The notes below the pieces were generated by a model. The model worked only from the letters and a program-made list of their open reading frames with translations, was not told the origin of the DNA and did not search any database. A DNA stretch of 64,000 nucleotides from an uncultured Acidobacteriota bacterium (GTDB lineage Bacteria > Acidobacteriota > Vicinamibacteria > Fen-336), in contig OY970399.1 of NCBI GenBank assembly GCA_963720545.1, positions 1,472,001 through 1,536,000 of the forward strand. Reading direction: 5' to 3'. Below are positions 22,272 to 30,512 of this stretch, piece after piece; within the stretch, counting starts at the first letter, position 1, and each line of letters starts with the position of its first letter. A program made the translations under genes and the position numbers.

Positions 22272-23608
22272 GGGCGATAGCGCGCACCGCCACGGCGACG
22301 GCAATGACACTGCAATTTGCCTTTTGGCCGGCACCCGCCTCGCAAGCGGCGAGCGACATCGATCCGCGCATCACGGCGATCGTGTCGTCGGTGTCGGCTG
22401 AGCGGCTGGCCGCGACCCTGAGGAAGCTCGAGTCGTTCGAGACGCGCCACTTGCTGTCGTCCACCACCGCGCCGAACCGCGGCATCGGCGCGGCGCGCGA
22501 GTGGATTCGCGCGGAGATGGCGGGCTACAGCAACAAGCTGCAGGTGACGTTCGACACCTATGACGTGCTGAAGCAGGGCGAGCGGGTGATGCGCGACGTC
22601 GAGCTGCGCAACGTGGTGGCGATCCTGCCAGGTCGATCGCCGCGGCGCCTGTACGTGAGCGGGCACTACGACAGCGTGGCGCGCAAGCCGGGCAGCGCCA
22701 CCTTCGACTGGGCCGACGCCGAGGGCAGGGCGCCCGGGGTCAACGACGACGGCAGCGGCACCGCGCTCACCATGGAACTCGCGCGCGTGTTCGCGACCAG
22801 CGGCACCAACTTCGACGCGACGCTGGTGTTCGTCGCATTCGCCGGCGAGGAGCAGGGGCTGATCGGCGCGAAACTGCACGCGCAGCGCGCTGCGCAGGAG
22901 AAGTGGCCGGTCGAGGCGGTCCTCAACAACGACATCGTCGGCAATCCCGACGGCGGCAACGGCGTCACCGATGCCGAGACGGTGCGGGTGTTCTCGGAGG
23001 GGCCGGAAGACTCGCCGTCACGCCAGGTGGCGCGCTACGTAAAGCGGCAGGCCGCGCGCTACGTGCCGGGGCACCGCGTCGAGCTGGTGGCGCGCCACGA
23101 CCGGTTCGGGAGGGGCGGCGACCACACCGCCTTCAACCAGCACGGCTTCGCCGGCGTGCGCTTCAGCGAGTCGAACGAGAACTACTCGCGCCAGCACACC
23201 GTGGACGACACCTTCGCCGGCGTCTCGCCTCGGTACCTGGCGCAAAACGCGCGCGTCAACGCCGCGGCGCTTGCCGGCATGGGCCTGGCGCCGCCGCCGC
23301 CCGCGACGAGCGGCGACGGCGGCCGGCCGCTTCTCGACCGCGGTGAGAGCGGTTACGACGCACGCCTGCGCTGGGCCGCGTCGCCCGGCGCCTCCGGCTA
23401 TCGCGTCTTCTGGCGGCGGGCGTGGACGCCCGACTGGGAATACGACGCGGCCATCGGCAACGTCACCGAGTGGCTGATGCCGAACGTGTCGATCGACGAC
23501 TACGTGTTCGGCGTGTGCGCATTGGGCGAGGGCGGCAACGAGAGCCGCGTGTCCGCATTCGTCAACCCGCTGCGCCCCGAGAGCACCGTCAAGACCCGCG
23601 AGCCTTGA
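22268..23608 (+). CDS. M28 metallopeptidase with C-terminal FN3-like domain
   Basis: Signal peptide; GHYDS, PGVNDDGSG, GEEQGL, LNND.VG, GDH; ATGA overlap. Confidence 0.88.
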   Translation: MRAIARTATATAMTLQFAFWPAPASQAASDIDPRITAIVSSVSAERLAATLRKLESFETRHLLSSTTAPNRGIGAAREWIRAEMAGYSNKLQVTFDTYDVLKQGERVMRDVELRNVVAILPGRSPRRLYVSGHYDSVARKPGSATFDWADAEGRAPGVNDDGSGTALTMELARVFATSGTNFDATLVFVAFAGEEQGLIGAKLHAQRAAQEKWPVEAVLNNDIVGNPDGGNGVTDAETVRVFSEGPEDSPSRQVARYVKRQAARYVPGHRVELVARHDRFGRGGDHTAFNQHGFAGVRFSESNENYSRQHTVDDTFAGVSPRYLAQNARVNAAALAGMGLAPPPPATSGDGGRPLLDRGESGYDARLRWAASPGASGYRVFWRRAWTPDWEYDAAIGNVTEWLMPNVSIDDYVFGVCALGEGGNESRVSAFVNPLRPESTVKTREP

Positions 23609-25449
23609 CGCGCGAGCCGCTCGCTTCCGTCGCCGAGGTTCGCGCCGAGCTGCGGCGGCTCGGTTATCTCGAAACCGGGCTCGACCGTTTCGTGCTCGGC
23701 GGTGCGGCGCGCACGCCGCTGCGCGCGTCGCTCGCCGCCGCGAGCCGCGTGGGCGTGGTCGGCGCGCTGGTACTCGGCGCCGGCCTGACGCTCGCCGCGG
23801 TTGGCCTCGACTCCCGCCTGCTGCAGCAGCCGCGCGACCTGTTCGTCCTGTTCCTGTACCTCGCTCTCGCCACGGGCGTGGCCGCAGCGCTGCTGGTGTT
23901 CCTCGGCGGCCTGGTGGCCGCGTTCCTCGCCCGGCGCACGGCGCGGCGTCACCATCCCGGGCCGCGCTTTGCCCGCAATGCCGGCCTGGTGCTGGGCGCG
24001 TGCGGTGCGCTGTACCTGGCGCTCTGGTGGCGTTCGCACCTGCCGGCGGCGACGCCGATGGCACGCGCCATAGCACTCGCGGTGGGTCTCGCTCTCGTGT
24101 TCCTGCTGGCGCGCTTCGGCACGCTCGCGGCGGTGGCCGTCACCTCCGCCGCGGGCATGAGCGGCAATCTCGAAGGCGCGCTGCTGACGCGGCGCCGCCT
24201 GCTGCCGCTGGCCGCGGCGGCGGCGCTCCTCTTCGGCGGCGCCGTCTATGCCGCGTCGTCGCTGGCCACGGCGCCAAAGGCTCCGCCCGATTTCGCCGTC
24301 ATCCCCACCGGCGCGCGCGTGCGACTCATCGGCATCGACGGCTTCGACCCCCGCATGGCCGGGCGGCTCGCGGCGCGCGGTGACCTGCCGCGATGGAGCG
24401 CGCTCGCCGCGACCTCGGCGCGGGCGCTGCTGCGCGCCGAGCCCGAGCAGGTGCCGGCGATCGTCTGGACCACCATCGCCACCGGCCGCGGACCCGAGGC
24501 GCACGGCATCGCGGCGCCCGGCGCACGCCGCGTCGCCGGCATGCGTACGCCGCTCGGCACCACGGCGCCCGGGCCGCTCGCGCAAGCCTTCGCCACCGCC
24601 ACCGACATCCTGCGCATAACCAGGCCGGCGGCGCCGAGCGACACGCTGCGCAGCGTCAAGACGTTCTGGAACGTCGCGGCCGACAAGGGCCTCTCGGCAG
24701 GTGTCGTCAACTGGTGGGCGACGTGGCCCGCGGAGACGAGCAACGGATATGTGGTCACCGACCGCGCGGTGATCCGCCTCGAGCGCGGCGGCGCGCCCGA
24801 CCGCGAGTTTGCACCGCAAGACCTGGCGCCGCGGCTTCGGCAGATCCTCGCCACAGCACCGGCGGATCCGGCACGCCGGCTCGACACGTTCGCGGTTGAG
24901 GCAGCGCTCGCGCTGCGCACGCCGAGCCTCGACGTCGAGGCGCTCTACCTGCCCGGACTCGACATCGCCACGAGCCAGAGCCTCGGCCTCGACAGCGCGC
25001 CGAGCAGCGACATAGCCTCGCTCGAAAGGCGCCTCGATGCGGTGCGCGGGCACTACCGCTTCGTTGACGAGCTGCTCGGCCGTTACGCGGCTTCGCTCGC
25101 TGCCGAGGACGTGCTGATGGTCGTCTGCGACCCCGGCCGGCTCGCACGCCGCGGCGGTGCGCCGGTGGACGGGATGCTGCTGCTGCGCGGCGCAGCGATT
25201 GTGCCGGGCGACCTGGGTACCGCGTCGGAGCGCGACATCGCACCCACGGCACTGGCACTCGTGGGCCTGCCGCGCAGCCGTGAACTGGGCGGCACGGTGC
25301 TGAGCGCGGCGTTCACGGAGGCATTCCGCAGCGCGCATCCGCAGCGCGAAGTCGAGAGTTATGGCCAGCGCTCGGTCTCGCGGCCCGCTGAGAGCGCCCT
25401 CGATCCAGCCGTGATCGAGGAACTGAAGAGCCTGGGGTACATCCAGTAA
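23605..25449 (+). CDS. membrane-anchored alkaline-phosphatase/NPP-superfamily protein
   Basis: About 5 N-terminal TM helices; IGIDG, WTTIATG..P..HGI, NWWATWPA, DIAPT.L, ELKSLGYI tail; TTGA overlap. Confidence 0.75.
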   Translation: MTREPLASVAEVRAELRRLGYLETGLDRFVLGGAARTPLRASLAAASRVGVVGALVLGAGLTLAAVGLDSRLLQQPRDLFVLFLYLALATGVAAALLVFLGGLVAAFLARRTARRHHPGPRFARNAGLVLGACGALYLALWWRSHLPAATPMARAIALAVGLALVFLLARFGTLAAVAVTSAAGMSGNLEGALLTRRRLLPLAAAAALLFGGAVYAASSLATAPKAPPDFAVIPTGARVRLIGIDGFDPRMAGRLAARGDLPRWSALAATSARALLRAEPEQVPAIVWTTIATGRGPEAHGIAAPGARRVAGMRTPLGTTAPGPLAQAFATATDILRITRPAAPSDTLRSVKTFWNVAADKGLSAGVVNWWATWPAETSNGYVVTDRAVIRLERGGAPDREFAPQDLAPRLRQILATAPADPARRLDTFAVEAALALRTPSLDVEALYLPGLDIATSQSLGLDSAPSSDIASLERRLDAVRGHYRFVDELLGRYAASLAAEDVLMVVCDPGRLARRGGAPVDGMLLLRGAAIVPGDLGTASERDIAPTALALVGLPRSRELGGTVLSAAFTEAFRSAHPQREVESYGQRSVSRPAESALDPAVIEELKSLGYIQ

Positions 25450-25457
25450 GGCAGGCG

Positions 25458-25853
25458 TCAGGCCGCGGGCGGCTCTGCGTCGGGATTCCGCGCATAGACG
25501 CGCACCACGTCGTGGCGCCGCAGCATCACCTCACCAGCCGGCGCGCCGCGGCGCTTCGAGACCTCGCCGGCGAAGCACGTGTGCACCTCGATCTTGCCCT
25601 GGCGGGTGCGCGACTTCGAATGCCACGCCGCCAGCTGCGCGGCCCTCTCGAGCACGTCTTTCGGGAGCTTTTCCAGGCCGTCCGGGTTGCGCACCACAAC
25701 GTGGCTGCCGGGCGTGCCCGCTACGTGCATCCAGAAGTCGCGCGGCTTCGCGACCTTCAGGCTGAGCTGGTCGTTGGCGGCGGCGCCGCGGCCCACCAGC
25801 ACCTCGAAGCCGCCAACGTCAAAAGTCCGGAAACTGTTACTGTTCGTGGTCAC
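25458..25853 (-). CDS. stand-alone NFACT-R (DUF814) RNA-binding domain protein
   Basis: LVGR....NDQL, D.WMH...PGSHVV, AAQLAA..SK; GTG 25853 (ATG 25862 alternative). Confidence 0.85.
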   Translation of the reverse strand: MTTNSNSFRTFDVGGFEVLVGRGAAANDQLSLKVAKPRDFWMHVAGTPGSHVVVRNPDGLEKLPKDVLERAAQLAAWHSKSRTRQGKIEVHTCFAGEVSKRRGAPAGEVMLRRHDVVRVYARNPDAEPPAA

Positions 25854-25883
25854 CGCCGCCATCCTAATCAAAGGAATGAAAAC

Positions 25884-27332
25884 GTGAGCACCTTCGACCT
25901 GCCTCCCGACGAGATCCGCCGGCTGGGCCGGCTCGTGGTCGATGCCGTCGCCGACAACCAGGGTTCGCTCCTCGAGCGCCCGGTGTTCGGCAAGGTCGGT
26001 ACGAGCGCCGAGGCCTTCCGCGAGCCGCTGCCGCGGCAGCCGCAGCCGTTCGAGGAGGTGCTGCAGCAGGTGCGCACGCGCATTTTGCCGTTTCCCATGG
26101 GCAATGCGCACCCGCGCTTCTTCGGCTTCATCAACGCGACGCCCGATCCTCTTGGCGTGTTCGCCGACTTCATGGCGGCGTCGATGAACCCGAACTGCTG
26201 GGGCGGCGATCACGCGGCGATCCATGTGGAGTCGGCGGTGATCCGCTGGCTGGCCGAGGCGGTCGGCTTTCCGCAGGCCGCCGACGGCATCCTGGTGTCG
26301 GGCGGGTCGATGGCGAACTTCACCGCCATCGCCACCGCGCGCCGCGCCCGCTTCCGCGGCGACGTCCGTGAACACGGGATGAACGCCGACAAACCGCTCG
26401 TCATCTATGCTTCCGACCAGGTGCACGCCTGCGTGGACAAGGCCGCCGACCTGCTGGGCTTCGGCATGCGCCACCTGCGCAAGATCCCCACCGACGACGC
26501 GTTCCGCATGGACCTCGCGCAACTGCGCAGCGCGATCGCGGCGGATCGCGCGGCCGGCCTCGATCCCGCGATCGTGGTGGGCACCGCGGGCACCGTGAAC
26601 ACCGGTGCCATCGATCCGCTCGAGGCACTCGCCGACATCGCACGCGACGAGGACATGTGGTTCCATGTGGACGGCGCGTACGGTGCGCTTGCCACCCTCT
26701 CGCCGCGGCTGCGGGCCCTGTTTTGCGGCATCGAGCGCGCCGACTCGGTGGCCATGGACCCGCACAAGTGGATGTACGTTCCGTTCGAGGCCGGCGCCAC
26801 GCTGGTCCGCGAAGGCGGCCGCATGGGCGCGGCGTTCCGCCGCTTTCCCGAGTACCTCGCCTCCGACGCCGACAGCCCGTTCCCGGGGCCGGCCTGGTTT
26901 GCCGAACGCGGCGTCGAGCTGTCGCGCAGCTTCAAGGCACTGAAGGTGTGGATCGGCCTCAAGACCCACGGCGCCGACGCGTATGCCGCTTCTATCGAAC
27001 GCGACTGCGCGCTGGCGCAGCACCTCTGCGAGGCCGTGGACGCACGGCCCGACCTGGAGCGGCTCGCCGATTCACCCCTCTCGATCGCCAACTTCCGCTT
27101 CCGGCCCAGGGGCGCGAATCTCGACGACGCAGCGCTCGACAGGATCAACCGCGGCATCGTCAACGCGCTGATGCGCAGCGGCTCCTTCTTCCTGGCGCCC
27201 ACCATCCTGCGCGGCCGCGCCTCGATCCGGGTCTCGATCACCAATTTCCGCACCCAGCCAGCCGATCTGGACGCCTTGGTGGACGCCGTGGAACATCAAG
27301 GGGCACAGGCACTTGCAGCCCTGCAACCTTAA
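25884..27332 (+). CDS. group II PLP-dependent decarboxylase (aromatic-amino-acid/Ddc-like)
   Basis: HPRFFGF, SGGSMAN, GTAGTVNTGAIDP, HVDGAYG, DPHKW PLP lysine. Confidence 0.9.
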   Translation: MSTFDLPPDEIRRLGRLVVDAVADNQGSLLERPVFGKVGTSAEAFREPLPRQPQPFEEVLQQVRTRILPFPMGNAHPRFFGFINATPDPLGVFADFMAASMNPNCWGGDHAAIHVESAVIRWLAEAVGFPQAADGILVSGGSMANFTAIATARRARFRGDVREHGMNADKPLVIYASDQVHACVDKAADLLGFGMRHLRKIPTDDAFRMDLAQLRSAIAADRAAGLDPAIVVGTAGTVNTGAIDPLEALADIARDEDMWFHVDGAYGALATLSPRLRALFCGIERADSVAMDPHKWMYVPFEAGATLVREGGRMGAAFRRFPEYLASDADSPFPGPAWFAERGVELSRSFKALKVWIGLKTHGADAYAASIERDCALAQHLCEAVDARPDLERLADSPLSIANFRFRPRGANLDDAALDRINRGIVNALMRSGSFFLAPTILRGRASIRVSITNFRTQPADLDALVDAVEHQGAQALAALQP

Positions 27333-27350
27333 GGCGGCCGGCAAGCGTCT
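27323..27350 (+). promoter_or_regulatory. putative ECF-type (autoregulatory) promoter
   Basis: GCAACC-N17-CGTCT (AAC/CGT ECF pattern) just upstream of the sigma gene. Confidence 0.45.
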
Positions 27351-27380
27351 CACTCATCGATTGTGGGTTTTGCTCTGTCG

Positions 27381-27956
27381 ATGACAGCCGGCCGCACCTT
27401 CACCCCGCGAACCCCGCGCAGTGACGCGGACAAGGCGCGCGAGATCGAACTCGTACGCCAGGCGCAGGGCGGCGACACGTCTGCCTTCGAAGAGCTCTAT
27501 CGCGCCAACGTGAACCGGGTGTATGCGGTGTGCTATCGAATGTCGAGGAACGCGACGCGCGCGGAGGAGTTGACCCAGGACGTGTTCGTGCGCGCCTGGA
27601 ACAAGCTCGGCCTGTTCCGCGGCGAGAGCGCCTTCTTCACCTGGCTCTACCCGCTCGCCGTCAACCTGATCTTCTCGGAGCGCCGCGTCACGGTGCGCGA
27701 AGAATCGCGCTTCACCGCGAGCGAGGACATCGAGGGCTTCGAGCCGGCGGTGCCGGCGGCGAAGACCGGGCTGCGCATGGACCTGGAAAAGGCGATCCAG
27801 CACCTGCCCGCCGGCGCGCGGCGCATCTTCGTGCTGCACGACGTCGAAGGCTACAAGCACGAAGAGATCGCGAACATGACCGGCCTTGCGGTCGGCACAT
27901 CGAAAGCGCAGCTCCACCGGGCACGGCGGATGCTGCAGGAGGCACTGTGTTCATGA
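27381..27956 (+). CDS. ECF RNA polymerase sigma factor
   Basis: GD..AFEELY, AEELTQDVF, FRGES.F.TWL, EGYKHEEIA, GTSKAQLHRAR. Confidence 0.93.
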   Translation: MTAGRTFTPRTPRSDADKAREIELVRQAQGGDTSAFEELYRANVNRVYAVCYRMSRNATRAEELTQDVFVRAWNKLGLFRGESAFFTWLYPLAVNLIFSERRVTVREESRFTASEDIEGFEPAVPAAKTGLRMDLEKAIQHLPAGARRIFVLHDVEGYKHEEIANMTGLAVGTSKAQLHRARRMLQEALCS

Positions 27957-28699
27957 CGTGCGAAGAAGTCGTCCTGCATCTCGACGAAGCGCAACAGAAC
28001 GAGGCCGCCGTTTCTCAGGAAGCCGGCGCGCACCTCGCCGAATGCGCCGGGTGCGCAGCCTACGCCACGTTCCTCGCGCAGCTGCGCACCGAGGTCGCGG
28101 CGCTGCCGCGCTCGCTGGCGCCGTCGCGCGACCTGTGGGCGGACATCGAACAGCAGATCGCGAAGGAGCGCGTGGTCCCGATCACGCGCTTCCGCACCGC
28201 CGCCTTCGCGCCGTGGCTTGCTGCGGCGGCGGCGCTCATCGTCGGCGTCGGCGCCGGCATGTGGTGGATGAAGACGCAGCCGGCGAGCAACACCGCACCA
28301 ACGCAAGTCGCAACGGCCGCGACGCCGGCTTCGTCCGCTCCGTCGCCAACTGCGTCGGCGCCTGAGCCGGCGTCGTCCGCTCCGGCCAGCGCAATCCCGG
28401 TGGCCGCGCAGCCGAACGCAACGGCGGCGGCGTGGCCGGCGTCGTATGAGACAGGAGCCGCCGAGTTCACGCGGGCCACGGCCGACCTGAGGTCGGCGCT
28501 GGCAGCCCGCAAGGACACGATGACCCCGGAAACGAGGGCCGTGGTGGAGAAGAACCTTGCGGTGATCGACACGGCCCTGCGGGACATCGAGAGCGCCTTG
28601 AGGAAGGACCCGAACAACAGCGACCTGGTGCGGATGCTGGGCGCCATGCGCAAGCGCAAGATCGAGACGCTGCAGCTGGTCGTGAAGCTGACGGCGTAG
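27953..28699 (+). CDS. zinc-binding anti-sigma factor, single TM
   Basis: N-terminal C and HLAECAGC (HxxxCxxC), one TM helix, A/P linker; ATGA overlap with sigma. Confidence 0.8.
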   Translation: MTCEEVVLHLDEAQQNEAAVSQEAGAHLAECAGCAAYATFLAQLRTEVAALPRSLAPSRDLWADIEQQIAKERVVPITRFRTAAFAPWLAAAAALIVGVGAGMWWMKTQPASNTAPTQVATAATPASSAPSPTASAPEPASSAPASAIPVAAQPNATAAAWPASYETGAAEFTRATADLRSALAARKDTMTPETRAVVEKNLAVIDTALRDIESALRKDPNNSDLVRMLGAMRKRKIETLQLVVKLTA

Positions 28700-28755
28700 C
28701 GGCAGGGCCCGCCGATGGGAACGAAGCGGCAAAGGAAATGAAAGTGGGAGCAATC

Positions 28756-29667
28756 ATGAATCGATTCGCAATGGCAATGCTGGCGACGCTGCTGGCCGGT
28801 GCCGCGGCCAGGGCCGACACCAAGATCGACGAACGCCGCGCGGCGACCAAGGACGCGAAGGTCTCGATCGAAGCCGGCAGCGGCAACGTCCGCGTCATCG
28901 GCTGGGAGAAGCTCGAGGTGCAGGTGACGGGCTCGATCCTCGAAGACCGGGCGAGCCTCTCGTTCGAGAGCGAGAACGGGCGCGTCGACATCAGCGTCGA
29001 CGCAGAGCACTACGACCCGCGCGCCGCCAAGGCCGACCTCGAGATCCACGTGCCCTTCGGCAGCCAGGTGTCGGTGGACGGCTTCGCCTCGGAAATCAGC
29101 GTCGCCGGCATCGCCGGCTCGGTGGAAGCCGAAGCCGTCAACGGCAGCATCAAGGTGCAGGCGACCGGCGGTTCGATCCATGCCACCACGGTCAACGGCA
29201 CCGTCGACGTGGACAGCAAGGGCGGCGCCGTCCATGCCGAGTCGGTGAACGGCCGGGTGAGCGTGCGCGGCGGCGCCGACAACCTCGAAGCGAGCACGGT
29301 GAACGGCGAGCTGGTGGTTGCCATCGGCCGCTCGAGCAATGTCGACCTGCAGACCGTCTCGGGCCCGCTGCAGTTCAGCGGCACGATCGCGGACGCGGGT
29401 TCGATGAGCGCCGAAAGCGTCTCGGGCTCGATCGACCTCGACTTTGGCGCCGGCCAGAACGCGACAGTAGACATCACCACCTTCAGCGGCAGCATCCAGG
29501 GCGGCCCCAAGGGCCGCCGCAAGGGCAAGCGCTGGCACGAAGGCGAAAAGACCACCGAGATCACCATCGGCACCGGCAGCGCCAAAGTATCGGTCAACAC
29601 CCTGAGCGGCGCCATCAACGTCAAGGGCGCCGACATGGAAGTGGAACCGTCCACCGACCAGCAGTAG
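28756..29667 (+). CDS. DUF4097-family secreted beta-strand repeat protein
   Basis: Signal peptide; repeated (T/S)VNG and SVSG.I units; GGAG RBS. Confidence 0.8.
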   Translation: MNRFAMAMLATLLAGAAARADTKIDERRAATKDAKVSIEAGSGNVRVIGWEKLEVQVTGSILEDRASLSFESENGRVDISVDAEHYDPRAAKADLEIHVPFGSQVSVDGFASEISVAGIAGSVEAEAVNGSIKVQATGGSIHATTVNGTVDVDSKGGAVHAESVNGRVSVRGGADNLEASTVNGELVVAIGRSSNVDLQTVSGPLQFSGTIADAGSMSAESVSGSIDLDFGAGQNATVDITTFSGSIQGGPKGRRKGKRWHEGEKTTEITIGTGSAKVSVNTLSGAINVKGADMEVEPSTDQQ

Positions 29668-29693
29668 CCGCCGCTCGTACCAGCCGTCCGCAA

Positions 29694-29723
29694 CGCCCTG
29701 GCCCCACGCCAGGGCGTTTTTTT
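29694..29723 (+). terminator. intrinsic terminator
   Basis: cgccctggc-cccac-gccagggcg stem followed by T7. Confidence 0.85.
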
Positions 29724-29740
29724 ATCGGAAGGTCCAGGTC

Positions 29741-29777
29741 ATCGGCGGATGGCTGCGGTTCGATCCCATCCGCCGAT
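29741..29777. repeat. hairpin related to repeat D hairpins
   Basis: atcggcggatgg-N13-ccatccgccgat versus atcgacggattgg-N13/14-ccaatccgtcgat. Confidence 0.65.
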
Positions 29778-29859
29778 TTTCGTTACGGGATTCGTTGCCG
29801 TCGGATGCTTCGTTCCTATTCCCTGGAAGATTCCTTCCCTTACGCTCGAAACGCGCACA

Positions 29860-29885
29860 GCCAACTGCGTCCGGACGCAGTTGGC
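29860..29885. repeat. 26-bp perfect palindrome B, third copy
   Basis: gccaactgcgtccggacgcagttggc; contains the exact 22-mer at 2425-2446. Confidence 0.92.
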
Positions 29886-29894
29886 CAAACGTGG

Positions 29895-30503
29895 CTACAC
29901 GGTGGGCTGGATGCGGAAGACGTAGCCCGTGAGCGGCGAGGTGAGCGAGCGGACGAAGGCCTGGGCGGCCGCGGCGGCGGGAACTGGCGTGAAGCCGGCG
30001 AAGGTGTCGCCGTAGTGGGCGATCGATTCGCTGAAGACGGTGGGGCTGACGGCGTTGATGCGGAGGCCGCGGGGCATTTCTACTGCCGCTGCCATCACCC
30101 AGGCTTCGAGGGCGCCGTTGACGAGGGATGCGACCGAACCCGCGCGCACCGGGACGCTGGCGAGGATGCCGGTGATGATCGTGAACGAGCCGCCGTCGTT
30201 GACTCGGTCGAGGCCCTGGCGCACCAGTTCCACCTGGCCCAGCAGCTTGTCGCGGGTGCCTGCCTCGAAATCGGCGCGGGTCAGGTTGACGAGCGGCTTG
30301 AATGGCACCGAGCCGGCGGCACAGATGACCGCGTCCACCTTGCCAACTGCTGCGTAGAGGGCGGTTATCGAATCAGGTTTGGTGATGTCTACGGCCAGCT
30401 TGCCCTTGCGACTCGCGCCGACGACCTCATGGTTCCTCTCCGACAGCGCCTCGTTGATCGCGGATCCCAGCACGCCCGATGCGCCGACGAGAAGTATCTT
30501 CAT
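29895..30503 (-). CDS. short-chain dehydrogenase/reductase (short atypical type)
   Basis: VGASGVLG, DAVICAAG, KLLGQV.LV, RINAVSP. Confidence 0.88.
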   Translation of the reverse strand: MKILLVGASGVLGSAINEALSERNHEVVGASRKGKLAVDITKPDSITALYAAVGKVDAVICAAGSVPFKPLVNLTRADFEAGTRDKLLGQVELVRQGLDRVNDGGSFTIITGILASVPVRAGSVASLVNGALEAWVMAAAVEMPRGLRINAVSPTVFSESIAHYGDTFAGFTPVPAAAAAQAFVRSLTSPLTGYVFRIQPTV

Positions 30504-30512
30504 GGCTGCATG

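Noticed and set aside
28322..28383. Short internal duplication (PASSAP twice) in the anti-sigma factor
   Set aside because: Ordinary low-complexity linker repeat.
29750..29780. GGTTCGATCCC resembling a tRNA T-loop or integration-site remnant
   Set aside because: Flanks do not form a T-stem, there is no cloverleaf or CCA, and it is simply the loop of the D-like hairpin.
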